Positions 10,873 to 21,617 of a DNA stretch of 64,000 nucleotides are shown one piece after another; position 1 is the stretch's first letter; every line of letters begins with the position of its first letter. The notes under the pieces were generated by a model. It searched no databases and was not told the DNA's origin. It saw only the letters and a program-made list of their open reading frames with translations. The stretch spans positions 5,952 through 69,951 of IMG/VR virus record IMGVR_UViG_3300035498_000724, one strand, 5' to 3'. The position numbers were made by a program, and so were the translations under genes. Source of the stretch: a virus.

Positions 10873-12108
10873 ATGAGTAGTTTAACTTTTTATGACTATT
10901 TGAATGCTTTAGAAGCACCAGTTATTATTCCCTGCTTAAAATTAGAATGGTTAAACCCAGACGACACAGTTTCTCACGAAATAACAACAGATTTATATAA
11001 TACAAATGGAACTCTAAATATTACCAATCAAAATGGTTGTCGAAGAACATTTAATTTACAAATACATAATGACGATGGAAGATACGATATAGATGTAAAT
11101 AAGATATGGCTTGGACAAAAAGTAAAATTATATTTAGGTTTATATATAGGTGACACTCCTTACTTGATACAGCAAGGAGTGTTTTATATTACAAACCCTA
11201 CTGACATAATGAATACGGCAGAAAGATGTATTCAATTAAATTGTACTGATAAATGGGCATATTTAGACGGAAGCCTATTTGGAACTTTAGATGGAATTTA
11301 TAAAGTACCAGTTGGGTCAGATATATTTGATGCAACTAAAAAACTATTAATGACAGACAGAGGAAATGGTTTACCATTAGATAGTACAATGCCAAATATT
11401 AGTACATATTTTAATAAGAAAATGACGAGTTTGAGTAATGGTACTCAAGTTAGTGTTTTAGAGACTCCATTTACTGCAACTATTGAAAGAGGTCAATCAT
11501 ATGCTGATGTATTACTTCAATTTAATACAATGCTTGCAGGATGTATTTATTATGATACAGTAGGTCGATTAAATATAGAACCTAATGAAGATGATTTGGA
11601 AGATAAAGATAAAGAGATAGTATATAACTTTACTCAAGATAACTGTGAGATACTTGGAAAGAGTAGAGATTATCAATTTACTGAAGTATATAATGATATA
11701 TTGTGTGTTGGTGCAACTATTAATGGCTATATGGCAAGTGGTAGAGCAACCAATACAAATATTCAAAGTGATTTGTGTGTACAAAGAATTGGTAAAAAAA
11801 CAAAAGTATTTGAAGATACAAATTATTATACTGATGACTTATGTCAAGATTGGGCTAATTATCTATTAAGACAAAATACTATATTACAGTCAAGTTTAAA
11901 TATAACAACTATTCCAATGTATCATTTAGACGTTAATAAATTAATAACAATTACTAATGAAAAGAATCATTTAGAACAAGAAAAATTTTTAATAAATAGC
12001 TTATCTATTCCTTTGGGAATAGGTCAAATGAGTATGTCTGTAATCTCAGTAAATGAACTAGATGCAGTATATAAAAGCACACAAAATTCAGAGGCAGGTG
12101 TTGGATAA
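10873..12108 (+). CDS. baseplate protein (putative)
   Basis: 411 aa with RBS AAAGGGGAATAAG upstream. Called from synteny. Confidence 0.4.
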   Translation: MSSLTFYDYLNALEAPVIIPCLKLEWLNPDDTVSHEITTDLYNTNGTLNITNQNGCRRTFNLQIHNDDGRYDIDVNKIWLGQKVKLYLGLYIGDTPYLIQQGVFYITNPTDIMNTAERCIQLNCTDKWAYLDGSLFGTLDGIYKVPVGSDIFDATKKLLMTDRGNGLPLDSTMPNISTYFNKKMTSLSNGTQVSVLETPFTATIERGQSYADVLLQFNTMLAGCIYYDTVGRLNIEPNEDDLEDKDKEIVYNFTQDNCEILGKSRDYQFTEVYNDILCVGATINGYMASGRATNTNIQSDLCVQRIGKKTKVFEDTNYYTDDLCQDWANYLLRQNTILQSSLNITTIPMYHLDVNKLITITNEKNHLEQEKFLINSLSIPLGIGQMSMSVISVNELDAVYKSTQNSEAGVG

Positions 12109-12464
12109 TGAACGATATGAGTTTAGCAGCAAAGTTATTAGACATATTAAGAGTTTGGATTGACGATATAATTCCAAAAGAAACAAAAAATTGTATAAGA
12201 AGTAAAGTTGCTATTGTAGTGTCTGTAAATTCTGATAGCACTTATAATGTAATACTTTCTGAAGACTATGGAGAATACATTGATGTAGTAAACAAGAAAG
12301 CAGATTTAACTGCCGAAGAATATAAAGCTGAAATAGACAGCCTATCAATAGATAACTTATTTTCAATTAAAAATGAAACATATAAAGTAAATGATTATGT
12401 AATAGTTGGATATTTAGATAATAAATTAACAAATGCTTTCATTCTATGTAAGAATAGAAAGTAA
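12108..12464 (+). CDS. hypothetical tail-module protein
   Basis: 118 aa. The ATGA start overlaps the stop of the upstream gene (translational coupling). Confidence 0.4.
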   Translation: MNDMSLAAKLLDILRVWIDDIIPKETKNCIRSKVAIVVSVNSDSTYNVILSEDYGEYIDVVNKKADLTAEEYKAEIDSLSIDNLFSIKNETYKVNDYVIVGYLDNKLTNAFILCKNRK

Positions 12465-12478
12465 GAAGGGAGAGATAA

Positions 12479-12937
12479 ATGTCAAGTTTAGATGTGATAA
12501 CAGATTATAGTCCTACTCAATGGCACAATTATATTCCACCTTCAATAGACCAAGATAACTTAAATCATTTAGAGGAAAATGTTAAATTAAACAGAGATAC
12601 TATAAATGATATAATAAGAAACCTTGGTATTAAACCTAGTGGAACCAGTGTTGATGATGAAAAAATTTATGACAATCCGATATATGAAACATTAATCGCC
12701 CACAAAAATGAATTAGCACGATTAGAAAAAGATAAATTAAATTTAAGTAAGTATAATTCAGATTTAGGTGATATTACTCAACTTCAAGGTGGAAGTACTC
12801 TTGTAGAGGCTATAAACAATAGATTAAGAAGAGATATAGATGATAGTGCCGACCATACATATACCTTTAAAAAGTTAATTTTAAACAATCGGAAACTCAG
12901 TAGCGATGCAGATTTCAGGCTCTGCTTCAATCAGTAA
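12479..12937 (+). CDS. hypothetical tail-module protein
   Basis: 152 aa with RBS GAAGGGAGAG upstream. Confidence 0.4.
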   Translation: MSSLDVITDYSPTQWHNYIPPSIDQDNLNHLEENVKLNRDTINDIIRNLGIKPSGTSVDDEKIYDNPIYETLIAHKNELARLEKDKLNLSKYNSDLGDITQLQGGSTLVEAINNRLRRDIDDSADHTYTFKKLILNNRKLSSDADFRLCFNQ

Positions 12938-13376
12938 AAACCTTACTGTAGCTGGAATTACTTCTAGTGCCTTGATTAAATCAACTGCTGGTATGGAAAC
13001 AACCACATTAAAGGCAACAGATGCTGCTACATTTGGTAGTACAGTAACAGCTACAGGAAAAGTTACAGCTAATGGAGGAATGGCAGTTACTAATGGAGCT
13101 AGCGTAGCAGGAACACTTACAGTAGATAATTTAGTAGTTACGGGAACAATTACTTGTAGTGGAGATGCTACATTTAAGAAGAACGTTGGAGCTGCTACTA
13201 TGACGGCTTCATCAACTATTACAGCGGATGATGCGATAAGAACAAAGAAAGCATTTCATTCTAGCGATGAGTATATTGAATTCCATTGGAATAATACTCC
13301 ATTACATAAATTATATGTTCACGGAAGTACTCAGGGGCTTGATAGTGGAGATGCCTTTATTCAAACTGTTTCATAA
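12906..13376 (+). CDS. tail fibre-like protein (beta-helix repeats)
   Basis: 156 aa. Gly/Thr/Ala/Val-rich repeats (TGKVTANGGMAVTNGASVAGTLTVDNLVVTGTITCSGDATF) typical of fibre shafts. Confidence 0.4.
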   Translation: MQISGSASISKNLTVAGITSSALIKSTAGMETTTLKATDAATFGSTVTATGKVTANGGMAVTNGASVAGTLTVDNLVVTGTITCSGDATFKKNVGAATMTASSTITADDAIRTKKAFHSSDEYIEFHWNNTPLHKLYVHGSTQGLDSGDAFIQTVS

Positions 13377-13387
13377 GGAGGTAAATT

Positions 13388-14137
13388 ATGGCAGCATCAG
13401 ATTATGGGTATTATCGTAGTGATGGTATTCAAAATAGTGGGACAGCCCTAAGACAGGGAAATGGGAATGCTTATATTTATAATAGTGCTGGTCAAATTTA
13501 CCCAAGACAAGTTACTGAAACGGATGTAACATTTGCAGATAGTGGAAAACAATATTTACACCAAACTTGTCGTAGTGGATATAATGGAAGTAATGAGAAG
13601 AGTGCTTGGAGAACAGATAAAGCATATCAAGGATATTATAATGGTTCTCAAGGAAGTTCAGAACAAGCCGTAGGACATTTCTTTTCATCAGATGGAACAA
13701 AGATAAGTGTAGGAGATGGAAATGTAACTGACTTTGAAGTAACGTATGTAAAAATTGTAATGCATAGAGGTACTGGAGGATGGAATAAAGGTTACTCTGG
13801 AGAAGGACATTTAAGATTTTCTAATTTATCAAGTAGTTACAAAAATGGAGAATATAGAGGAATGAGATATAGTGATATTGATATGGATTTAGTTAATGGC
13901 TACGACTATGTTTTTGATATACCTGCTATTGGAAGTAGTGTAACTATTGAAAGAAGTGGTAGTGGTGATGCCTTATGTCAGTTCATTAAAAACTTTATTA
14001 ATAACTCTAGCGCACAAAGTTTAGCATTATATAATGGAGAAAACGCTGGACAAGGAGGATACGCATTCTCTTACCATTATGCAGCATTTGATTCGTTTGA
14101 GATAACTGTCAAGGGGAATAGAACAGTACAATTATAA
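13388..14137 (+). CDS. hypothetical tail-associated protein
   Basis: 249 aa with RBS AAGGAGG upstream. Confidence 0.35.
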   Translation: MAASDYGYYRSDGIQNSGTALRQGNGNAYIYNSAGQIYPRQVTETDVTFADSGKQYLHQTCRSGYNGSNEKSAWRTDKAYQGYYNGSQGSSEQAVGHFFSSDGTKISVGDGNVTDFEVTYVKIVMHRGTGGWNKGYSGEGHLRFSNLSSSYKNGEYRGMRYSDIDMDLVNGYDYVFDIPAIGSSVTIERSGSGDALCQFIKNFINNSSAQSLALYNGENAGQGGYAFSYHYAAFDSFEITVKGNRTVQL

Positions 14138-14174
14138 TAATATAAAATATGAATATAAATAAGGAGGAATTGCT

Positions 14175-14513
14175 ATGGTAGAATGGTTAGTAGCAAACTG
14201 GTTACCATTATTAATAGTAATAATTGCGGTAATCGGATTAGTAGTTTATTTTGTAAAGAAAAAAGGTCTTAGACAATTAGCAACAGATGCTATTGTTTGG
14301 GCAGAAAAAGAATTCTCTACAGAATCTGGAAAAGAGAAAATGCAAAATGCAATAGATTATTGTCAGCAATGGGTTCCATTCTTGAAATTCATTCCAGACT
14401 CAATGATTGAAAGTTTCTTACAAGCAGTATTTGACCAAATTAAAGAAGCTTTAGAGCAAGACCCAAATGAGAAAAAAACAACTACTGATGCCAGCGATGA
14501 AAACGTTGGTTAA
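14175..14513 (+). CDS. holin-like membrane protein
   Basis: 112 aa with a single N-terminal TM helix (WLPLLIVIIAVIGLVVYFV) followed by a charged tail. Lies immediately upstream of the endolysin. RBS AAGGAGG. Confidence 0.45.
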   Translation: MVEWLVANWLPLLIVIIAVIGLVVYFVKKKGLRQLATDAIVWAEKEFSTESGKEKMQNAIDYCQQWVPFLKFIPDSMIESFLQAVFDQIKEALEQDPNEKKTTTDASDENVG

Positions 14514-14781
14514 TTTTAAATAAGGAGGTCTTTTTATGGAAGACGAAGAAAATGTAATTGAAGAATTAAACTTAGAAGAAATTGCAGAAGAAATTTTGGA
14601 AGACGAGCAAGCTAATGACCCAGATGCAGATACATTAGGTACTGATGGGGTAGAAGGAACAAATGAATAGTCATTTGGCAAACGACGTTGACCGTGAAGG
14701 CGTTTTTATTTTTGAGGCAACAAGTTATATGTCTTAAAATAAAAACGTCTTAAATTTTATTTTAAAGAAGGAGGCATTTTT

Positions 14782-16074
14782 ATGTTGCCAATTAATCAAT
14801 ATTTAACAGTTAGAAACAGAACTGTTTCTAATAGAACAAGTATTCAATACTTAGTAATACATTATGTTGGAGCCGTATCTAGTGCTAAAGCAAATTGTAA
14901 TTATTTCTATAGCGAGTATAGAGGAGCATCTGCTCATTATTTTGTAGATGATAATTCAATATGGCAATGTGTAGAAGACAAAAACGTAGCTTGGCATTGT
15001 GGCGCAAATACATATTATAATGGATGTAGAAATACAAACTCAATAGGAATTGAAATGTGTTGCTATAACAATAATGGAATAATAGATATGAGCGATACAG
15101 TAATATCAAATACTATTGAATTAGCAGCTTATATTTGTAAAAAATATGGAATTTCAATAGATAATGTAGTTCGTCATTATGATGTAACTCATAAACAATG
15201 TCCTGCTCCATTCGTTGCAAATTCAAGTAGATGGGATGATTTTAAAAATAGATTATCAACTGCTATAAATGGAGAAGTAGTAACACCAACAACTAATACA
15301 GAAAATAATACAATGAATAAATCAATGTATGTAAGTGTAAATTCTAGTTTAAATATTAGAAGTGGTGCTGGTACAGGATATAGTATCGTAGGAAGCTTAA
15401 AGAATGGACAACAAGTAACTGTTTACGAAATGTCTAATAACTGGGCTAGAATTGGTAGTGGACAATGGGTATGTGCTACATATTTAAAAGAAGGTACTGC
15501 TACAACAGTAACAACTAAAACAAAATATGTAAGTGTAAACTCTAGCCTAAATATTCGTATAGGTGCTGGAACAAACTATAGAACAGTTGGTTCTTTATCT
15601 AATGGAATAAAAGTTACTGTATATGAAGAGAGTAATGGTTGGTCAAGAATCGGAGATGCTCAATGGGTAAGCTCTCAATACTTAACTGATTCAGCTCCAG
15701 TAACATCAAAAATAATGTATGTAACAGCAAGTGCTCTTAATGTAAGAACAGGTATAGGAACAAGTAATTCAATAGTTACTACATTAACCAAAGGGGCTCA
15801 AGTCACAGTTTATGAGGAATCAAATGGCTGGTCAAGAATAGGTGATGGAAAATGGGTAAGTTCTCAATATTTATCATCTAATATCGTAACAGCTAGTTAT
15901 CTAACAAAATATGTAACAGCTTCAAAAGGATTAAATGTTAGAGCTGGTGCTGGTACTGGATATAAAATTGTTAAAACATTACTAAAGGGAACAAAAGTTA
16001 CAGTTTATGAAACTAAAAATGGATGGTCAAGAATAGGTGATGGACAATGGGTATCAAGTGCCTACATTGCATAA
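14782..16074 (+). CDS. endolysin: N-acetylmuramoyl-L-alanine amidase (Amidase_2/PGRP) with four C-terminal SH3b repeats
   Basis: The N-terminus carries Amidase_2 hallmarks (HYVGAVSS...WHCGANTYYNGCRNTNSIGIEMC...HYDVTHKQCPAP). It is followed by four repeats of about 65 aa (YVSVNSSLNIRSGAGTGYSIVGSLKNGQQVTVYE..NGWSRIGDGQWVSSQYL). Confidence 0.85.
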   Translation: MLPINQYLTVRNRTVSNRTSIQYLVIHYVGAVSSAKANCNYFYSEYRGASAHYFVDDNSIWQCVEDKNVAWHCGANTYYNGCRNTNSIGIEMCCYNNNGIIDMSDTVISNTIELAAYICKKYGISIDNVVRHYDVTHKQCPAPFVANSSRWDDFKNRLSTAINGEVVTPTTNTENNTMNKSMYVSVNSSLNIRSGAGTGYSIVGSLKNGQQVTVYEMSNNWARIGSGQWVCATYLKEGTATTVTTKTKYVSVNSSLNIRIGAGTNYRTVGSLSNGIKVTVYEESNGWSRIGDAQWVSSQYLTDSAPVTSKIMYVTASALNVRTGIGTSNSIVTTLTKGAQVTVYEESNGWSRIGDGKWVSSQYLSSNIVTASYLTKYVTASKGLNVRAGAGTGYKIVKTLLKGTKVTVYETKNGWSRIGDGQWVSSAYIA

Positions 16075-16164
16075 TTAAAAAAATAGTTGACAATATAACA
16101 ATTATATATTATAATAGTGATTGTGAATTTTTGTTTATTAAATTAAACGCGTAAAAATATAAAA

Positions 16165-16203
16165 TAGGGATATAGATTTAAAAGTCTATATCCCTATTTT
16201 TTT
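16165..16203. terminator. bidirectional intrinsic terminator between convergent endolysin and minus-strand operon
   Basis: 12-bp perfect stem TAGGGATATAGA/TCTATATCCCTA with T7 on the plus side and an A/T run on the other side. Confidence 0.6.
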
Positions 16204-16976
16204 GCGTTCATATCTTCTAAAATATCTTCTATAACAAGCATTGTTGCATCGTTAATTTGTTTCATCCCCATTATCATTCCTTGCTGTTGCCAAAGTTTAA
16301 TATATGGATTTAATAGTTCAACGCATTCTTTATCTGTTTGTGCATTTTTAATTCCTTCTATTAGCTTTTGTGTGGCTTCTGAGAAATTATCTTCTGTACT
16401 TGATATTGAGATGTTAATTATTCCCATTTTAGTTAATATTTCTCCAATATCTTGCCAGTTTCCTACATTTACAATATTTTCTGAATATTCATAAGGTGGT
16501 CTTCCTGTATTCCAAGGTTGCTTAAATAATAAGAATGGGCATTTGAATTTAGGTGCATATCCAATATTATCATCAATCATAATATCTACATTAATTAATT
16601 CTTTGTCAGCTGTAAATATAATATCTTTTTCAGATAAGATTGGTATTTGTTCTAATAACCAATTTTTCTTTTCTTCTTGATATTCTTTTACTGTAGCAGA
16701 TATAATAACAACTTTATTATCACTATTTATTATTTTTAAGATAATATCTTGCACGTCAGGTTTTAATTGTAGATTTTTAAAGTATTCTTCACTATGTAAG
16801 GCATTGAATAAACGTTCCTTATCTTCTTCTTCCCAATCTTTATAGAAGTCCCATTTATAAGCATCTTCTAATTTTAAATCTTGTAGTTCTTCTCTTTTAA
16901 AACATCTGTTATAAGCATCGAACCAAGATTCACAATGATTGGTCATTGTATCATCTATATCTATTCCTACTACCAT
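16194..16976 (-). CDS. HAD-superfamily 5'-nucleotidase (dNMP phosphatase-like)
   Basis: N-terminal HAD motif I VVGIDIDDT (DxDxT). 260 aa. Confidence 0.5.
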   Translation of the reverse strand: MVVGIDIDDTMTNHCESWFDAYNRCFKREELQDLKLEDAYKWDFYKDWEEEDKERLFNALHSEEYFKNLQLKPDVQDIILKIINSDNKVVIISATVKEYQEEKKNWLLEQIPILSEKDIIFTADKELINVDIMIDDNIGYAPKFKCPFLLFKQPWNTGRPPYEYSENIVNVGNWQDIGEILTKMGIINISISSTEDNFSEATQKLIEGIKNAQTDKECVELLNPYIKLWQQQGMIMGMKQINDATMLVIEDILEDMNAKK

Positions 16977-16984
16977 TTTATCAC

Positions 16985-17653
16985 CTACTCCATTGTTTTA
17001 ATTTCTGCATACCATTCTTTAGGAAATTCTTCATCATATTCTACTGTATCAAATATTTCTGGCATTTCTTCTTTGAATTTTAATAATAATGGTATCATTA
17101 CTTGTCTTACTGAAGGATGAACCATTTTAGAACATCTTAAACTTAATATATGTTTCCATTCTCTAATATTGCAAGTCATTGTAACTTCAGCAGCTGTACT
17201 ATGAGGTAACATCATTCTAAGTTCATCTGGTTTTGCTCCATTATTAGCCATAGCCATATAATAAGTTTCTATAAGTTTCATTGTTTCTTTCCAGCAAGCA
17301 TAATTATTTTCGTCAGTAATAAATACTGGGTCAATAAATTTAATACTATTAGTAAATTTGTCTTTAGAATAGTTGCAATATCTTGTAGATTCGATTGAGA
17401 ATGCAGTTCCTGCTCTATGTCTTGTTAAGTCCTTATATACTCCCACATCACAACACATTCTAATTGTAATCTTTTCGTGTTCTAATACAGATTCGTGTCC
17501 TCTGTTTATACAATTCTTTAGTAGATTCTTATAGCTTTCTTCTGATATTATTCCTTCAGAACGATAACAAGTTCTACAAGCTCTTTCTATTTTTTTCATT
17601 ATGTCAACACCATCAAAGTTTTCAACTTCAATCCAAGGGTTAATTATATCCAT
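16985..17653 (-). CDS. thyX: flavin-dependent thymidylate synthase ThyX
   Basis: ThyX signature RHRx7S present (TRHRAGTAFSIESTRY). 222 aa. Confidence 0.85.
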   Translation of the reverse strand: MDIINPWIEVENFDGVDIMKKIERACRTCYRSEGIISEESYKNLLKNCINRGHESVLEHEKITIRMCCDVGVYKDLTRHRAGTAFSIESTRYCNYSKDKFTNSIKFIDPVFITDENNYACWKETMKLIETYYMAMANNGAKPDELRMMLPHSTAAEVTMTCNIREWKHILSLRCSKMVHPSVRQVMIPLLLKFKEEMPEIFDTVEYDEEFPKEWYAEIKTME

Positions 17654-18992
17654 TATTTGTCCTCCTCATATAAAGGGAATTTCTCACAAAGGTCTGCAAC
17701 GTGAGCTCTAACTGCTTCTATATTTGCTTCATAATATGGACTAGCACATACATCTATTAATGAGGCAATCATTCTTACTTCATTTTCTCCCATACCTCTT
17801 GAAGTAATAGCAGGAGTTCCTAATCTAATTCCTGAGGTAACTGTTTTCTTTTCTGTATCAAAAGGTACAGCATTTTTATTAGTTATAATATGACAATTAG
17901 CTAATCTGTTTTCTAACTCTTGTCCAGTAATACCTTTGTTTCTTAAATCTAGTAATACTAAATGATTGTCTGTCCCTCCAGTTAAAACGTTGAATCCATA
18001 ATATTGTAAACATTCTGCAAGAACTTTTGCATTATTAACAACTTGTTCCATATATGTTTTAAATTCTGGTTGTAATGCTTCTTTAAATCCAACAGCTTTA
18101 GCTGCAATGATATTTTGTAATCCTCCACCTTGGCATCCGAGGGAATACTGCCTTATCTATTTTTTTAGCTAGTTCGTCATCATTTGTAAGGATTAATCCA
18201 CCTCTTACGTTTCTCATTGTTTTATGTGTAGTTGTTGTTACTATATCGCAATATGGGAATGGAGAAGGATGTAATCCAGTTACAACTAGACCAGCAATAT
18301 GAGATATATCTGCCATAAGATAACATTTACTATTATTCCAGATTTCTTGTTTTTCTTCATCAGAATAACTTCCTGCATCTATTTGTTGAGAAAGTTTCTC
18401 ATTAACTTTATCAGTTATCTCTCTAAATTTTTCAAAATCTATTACTCTAGGATAAGCACTTGCTCCACAGATAATAAGTCTTGGTAAATTTTCTAAAGCT
18501 AATTTTTCTACTTCATCATAATCTATTAAATATGTTTCAGGATTTACTTCATATTGAACAGATTTATAATTTTTTCCAGAATATGTAGGTTTTGCTCCGT
18601 GAGTTAAATGTCCTCCAGAGTTTAAACTCATTCCCATTATAGTATCTCCAGCTTTACATACAGCAAATTGTGCTGCAAAGTTTGCACTTGCTCCACTGTG
18701 AGGTTGAACATTTGCGTGAGCACAATTAAATAATTGGCAAGCTCTATCTATTGCTAATTGCTCTGTAACGTCTATGTTTTCACACCCTGCATAATATCTT
18801 TTCCCGAGGATAGCCTTCGGCGTATTTTAAAGTGTGATAACTACTTTGTGCTTGTAATACAGCTTCGCTAGGTCTATTCTCGCTAGCAATAAGTTCAATT
18901 CCATCACATTGTCTATTATATTCTTTTACAATTGATTCATAAACTTCTGGGTCTACTTCTTTAACTTTATCAAAGTTTAACATTAAAAACAC
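17653..18992 (-). CDS. glyA: serine hydroxymethyltransferase, interrupted by two +1 frameshifts (3 ORF fragments)
   Basis: The three fragments contain the SHMT N-terminus ([18 protein letters not shown]), PLP core ([35 protein letters not shown]) and C-terminus ([12 protein letters not shown]...TSGIRLGTP). Deleting one C at 18803-18809 (CCCGAGG) and one at 18137-18142 (CCGAGG) restores a single frame of about 415 aa. Confidence 0.8.
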
Positions 18993-18998
18993 TCCTAA

Positions 18999-19508
18999 TT
19001 AAAATTTATTAAAAATTTCTTCTAAACGATAGCTAAGAAGTTCTTCTAATTGGTCTTTATATTTTTCATTATTGGCTAAAATATTTGCCACTTGTGTAGA
19101 GATTATATAATTATCTACACTATAATCTTTTAAGGTATCGTCGATTTTGCTACAAAGTATTTCATCTAATTCTTCTTTTTTAGCGTCATATGCTTCTCTA
19201 ACTTTATTTGATAAATCTAAGTCATAACGTAAATTAAAATCATTTTCTGTAGAATATCTTTCGGCAACTCCATTATAAACTTTTGTGTAAAGTAGCTCTT
19301 TTAAATCTTTGTTAAATGAAGTTTCGTTTAACATTTCTTTTATTATTTTATGAATAAGTCTTTCTTGAATTTCTGTTTTGTTTTCAGCTATTAAATTTGT
19401 AACTTGTTCTTTAATTTGTCTTTTTACTTCATTTACTATATCAGATTTAATTTCTTCTTCATCTACATAATCTAATAAATTACCATTTAAGTTTATTTCT
19501 AATTTCAT
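18999..19508 (-). CDS. hypothetical acidic protein
   Basis: 169 aa, no motif recognised. Confidence 0.35.
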   Translation of the reverse strand: MKLEINLNGNLLDYVDEEEIKSDIVNEVKRQIKEQVTNLIAENKTEIQERLIHKIIKEMLNETSFNKDLKELLYTKVYNGVAERYSTENDFNLRYDLDLSNKVREAYDAKKEELDEILCSKIDDTLKDYSVDNYIISTQVANILANNEKYKDQLEELLSYRLEEIFNKF

Positions 19509-19510
19509 AC

Positions 19511-19996
19511 TTATTCCCTCTCCAATTCTAAAATATTTAATGCTTTATCAACATCTTTGCCAGATAACCCATAATATCTATCTACTAATACAAGATTCTC
19601 TTCATATAAATCTTTGATGTCAAATAAATCATCATCTAATATTACAAATTTGTAATCTTTGTCCTCTTGCTTAGAAAGGAAATCTTGAATTTCCAAACCT
19701 CGTTCAGAATGAATATAAGGAGTCTTATCAATAATCCTTAATCCATATTCTGCGATACGAGCTTTAACGATTTCAGTATCTACTTCGTGTAATCTCCAAC
19801 TACTAGATAGTATGATTTTCGGTTCACCATATTTTCTAATAACTTTTACAAGATTCATTAAGTTAGTTAGCGCCCTTGGGTCAAATGGTGCAAAATTCAT
19901 ATGCATTGCATATCCACCATTCATTTCCCAACATTGTCTAAAATGTTCTTCATCGTTTAGAACTCCGTCAACATCTAAAAATATGTAATATGTCAT
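19511..19996 (-). CDS. HAD-like hydrolase
   Basis: N-terminal FLDVDGVLN HAD motif I. 161 aa. Confidence 0.45.
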   Translation of the reverse strand: MTYYIFLDVDGVLNDEEHFRQCWEMNGGYAMHMNFAPFDPRALTNLMNLVKVIRKYGEPKIILSSSWRLHEVDTEIVKARIAEYGLRIIDKTPYIHSERGLEIQDFLSKQEDKDYKFVILDDDLFDIKDLYEENLVLVDRYYGLSGKDVDKALNILELERE

Positions 19997-20023
19997 TTGA
20001 TAAAACTCCTTATTTTTCTAAAA

Positions 20024-20302
20024 TTATGAATTTTTAACAGCGTCTTTTAATGCTTTAGCAGCTTTGAATGCTGGAGCTTTAGAAGCAGCGATTTCAATTG
20101 TTTCACCTGTTTGTGGGTTTCTACCTGTTCTAGCAGCTCTTTCTTTAACTGAGAATTTTCCCAATCCAGATAAAGCGATTTCTCCACCGTTTGCTAATTC
20201 TTCAGAGATTACTTCTACGATAGCGTTTACTGATGCTTCAGCATCAACTTTTTTCATTTCTGTTTTTTCTGCGATTGCAGCTACTAATTCTTTTTTGTTC
20301 AT
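20024..20302 (-). CDS. hup: HU/IHF-family DNA-binding protein
   Basis: 92 aa with classic HU sequence ([13 protein letters not shown]...[24 protein letters not shown]). RBS AGGAGG. Confidence 0.9.
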   Translation of the reverse strand: MNKKELVAAIAEKTEMKKVDAEASVNAIVEVISEELANGGEIALSGLGKFSVKERAARTGRNPQTGETIEIAASKAPAFKAAKALKDAVKNS

Positions 20303-20430
20303 TACATTTTCCTCCTAAAAATTCTTATTCTAAAATCAACCTTACAGCCCTATTTTTAAAAGGAGATTCTTGAATAAATAAATATATATTTATAAGTTTA
20401 ATAAGTTGTCTTATTAAATCTTACATACTA

Positions 20431-20459
20431 ATTATAACACATTGACAACTAGTTGTCAA
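20431..20459 (-). promoter_or_regulatory. sigma-A-type promoter TTGACA-N17-TATAAT embedded in 18-bp palindrome TTGACAACTAGTTGTCAA (upstream of hup)
   Basis: Perfect -35 and -10 hexamers with 17-bp spacing on the minus strand. The -35 lies inside a perfect palindrome. The same element recurs at least 8 times in the window. Confidence 0.6.
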
Positions 20460-20472
20460 GTTAGATAGAAAT

Positions 20473-20739
20473 TTAAAATTCTTTTGTATATAATATTATA
20501 GGAGCACCATCTCCCATATAAGGTAAAGCTCTAAGTGTATTGTATTCAATAAACTCTAAAGCATCTTCGAAAGAAAGACTTTCTTTAATCATTAAATCCA
20601 TAATCATTTTGTCCATATCATAAATCACTCTTTCATCATAAGATAAACCTATGATTGCACTTTCATAAGATGGATTTTCAAACACCTTAATAGGTATATT
20701 ATTTTCTTCTGCGTATTCGCAAATTTCTTCGTAGGTCAT
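20473..20739 (-). CDS. hypothetical protein
   Basis: 88 aa. Confidence 0.35.
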   Translation of the reverse strand: MTYEEICEYAEENNIPIKVFENPSYESAIIGLSYDERVIYDMDKMIMDLMIKESLSFEDALEFIEYNTLRALPYMGDGAPIILYTKEF

Positions 20740-20759
20740 TGTGACGCTCCTTTCTAAAA

Positions 20760-21617
20760 TTATTTTTTGTTCTTCCTTTGCTCTTTTATTTTTTCAATGT
20801 CAATTCCCAAAACTTCATAAGACTCTTTAAAATAATCTATTAAAAATTTAAACTGATTGTCATTCATTAATAATAATTCTTTTTCTGTATCGTGGCGCCA
20901 AGTTCCATATACGCATCCAGCACATCCAGTACGTTTAACATATTGATATACTTCAGGGATTTCGATATTAAATTCTTTATATATTTCGTTTTCTAATTCT
21001 TCTGTTAAGTCCCATAGTGGCGTAAACTTTCCGTTTTTAGAAAGACAACTCGTATATTGTTGCTTCCTTAAAACACTATCTCCAGTTCTTGTTCCTAATA
21101 TTGGTTTTAATCCAGTTTCTTTTTCAAATAGTCTTGCTGGTTCTTTCTTCATATAATGACAACATAAATGAGTTATGTTATGAGCGTTGCCACTTAGAAC
21201 ATAATTTCTTGCTTTCTTAGAAAGTCCATATCCTGTATGATAAGTCCCATTTATTTTTTCTAAAATTGTTTTACTAGGCTCCTTACCTTTTCTTATCGCA
21301 TTTTGATAATAATAAATATAGAAGTCTTGTTCTTTGCTAAAACAAGGAATGCCGTATTTTTCTTTTATCTCAAATGGTTTTAATACAGGATATAGAACTC
21401 TATCTGAATTTTTATAAATCCTATCTCTTATTTCTGGATGCTCCATATAAGTATTAATTCCAACAATAGTTACTCCTTCTATATGAGTATATTCTTTTAT
21501 AAACCAATATAGTAAATGGCTATCTTTCCCTCCTGAATAAGAGAGGTAATACTCATTAGGATTTATTTTAGCAAATTTTGTTTTAAGGTCTTCTAGGTAA
21601 AATTCTGCGTTAGTCAA
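20760..21617 (-). CDS. PP-loop ATPase of the PAPS-reductase/TtcA/DndC-like family
   Basis: SGGKDS PP-loop (YLSYSGGKDSHLLYW) plus Cys clusters (HLCCHY, RTGCAGCVYG). 285 aa. Confidence 0.6.
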   Translation of the reverse strand: MTNAEFYLEDLKTKFAKINPNEYYLSYSGGKDSHLLYWFIKEYTHIEGVTIVGINTYMEHPEIRDRIYKNSDRVLYPVLKPFEIKEKYGIPCFSKEQDFYIYYYQNAIRKGKEPSKTILEKINGTYHTGYGLSKKARNYVLSGNAHNITHLCCHYMKKEPARLFEKETGLKPILGTRTGDSVLRKQQYTSCLSKNGKFTPLWDLTEELENEIYKEFNIEIPEVYQYVKRTGCAGCVYGTWRHDTEKELLLMNDNQFKFLIDYFKESYEVLGIDIEKIKEQRKNKK

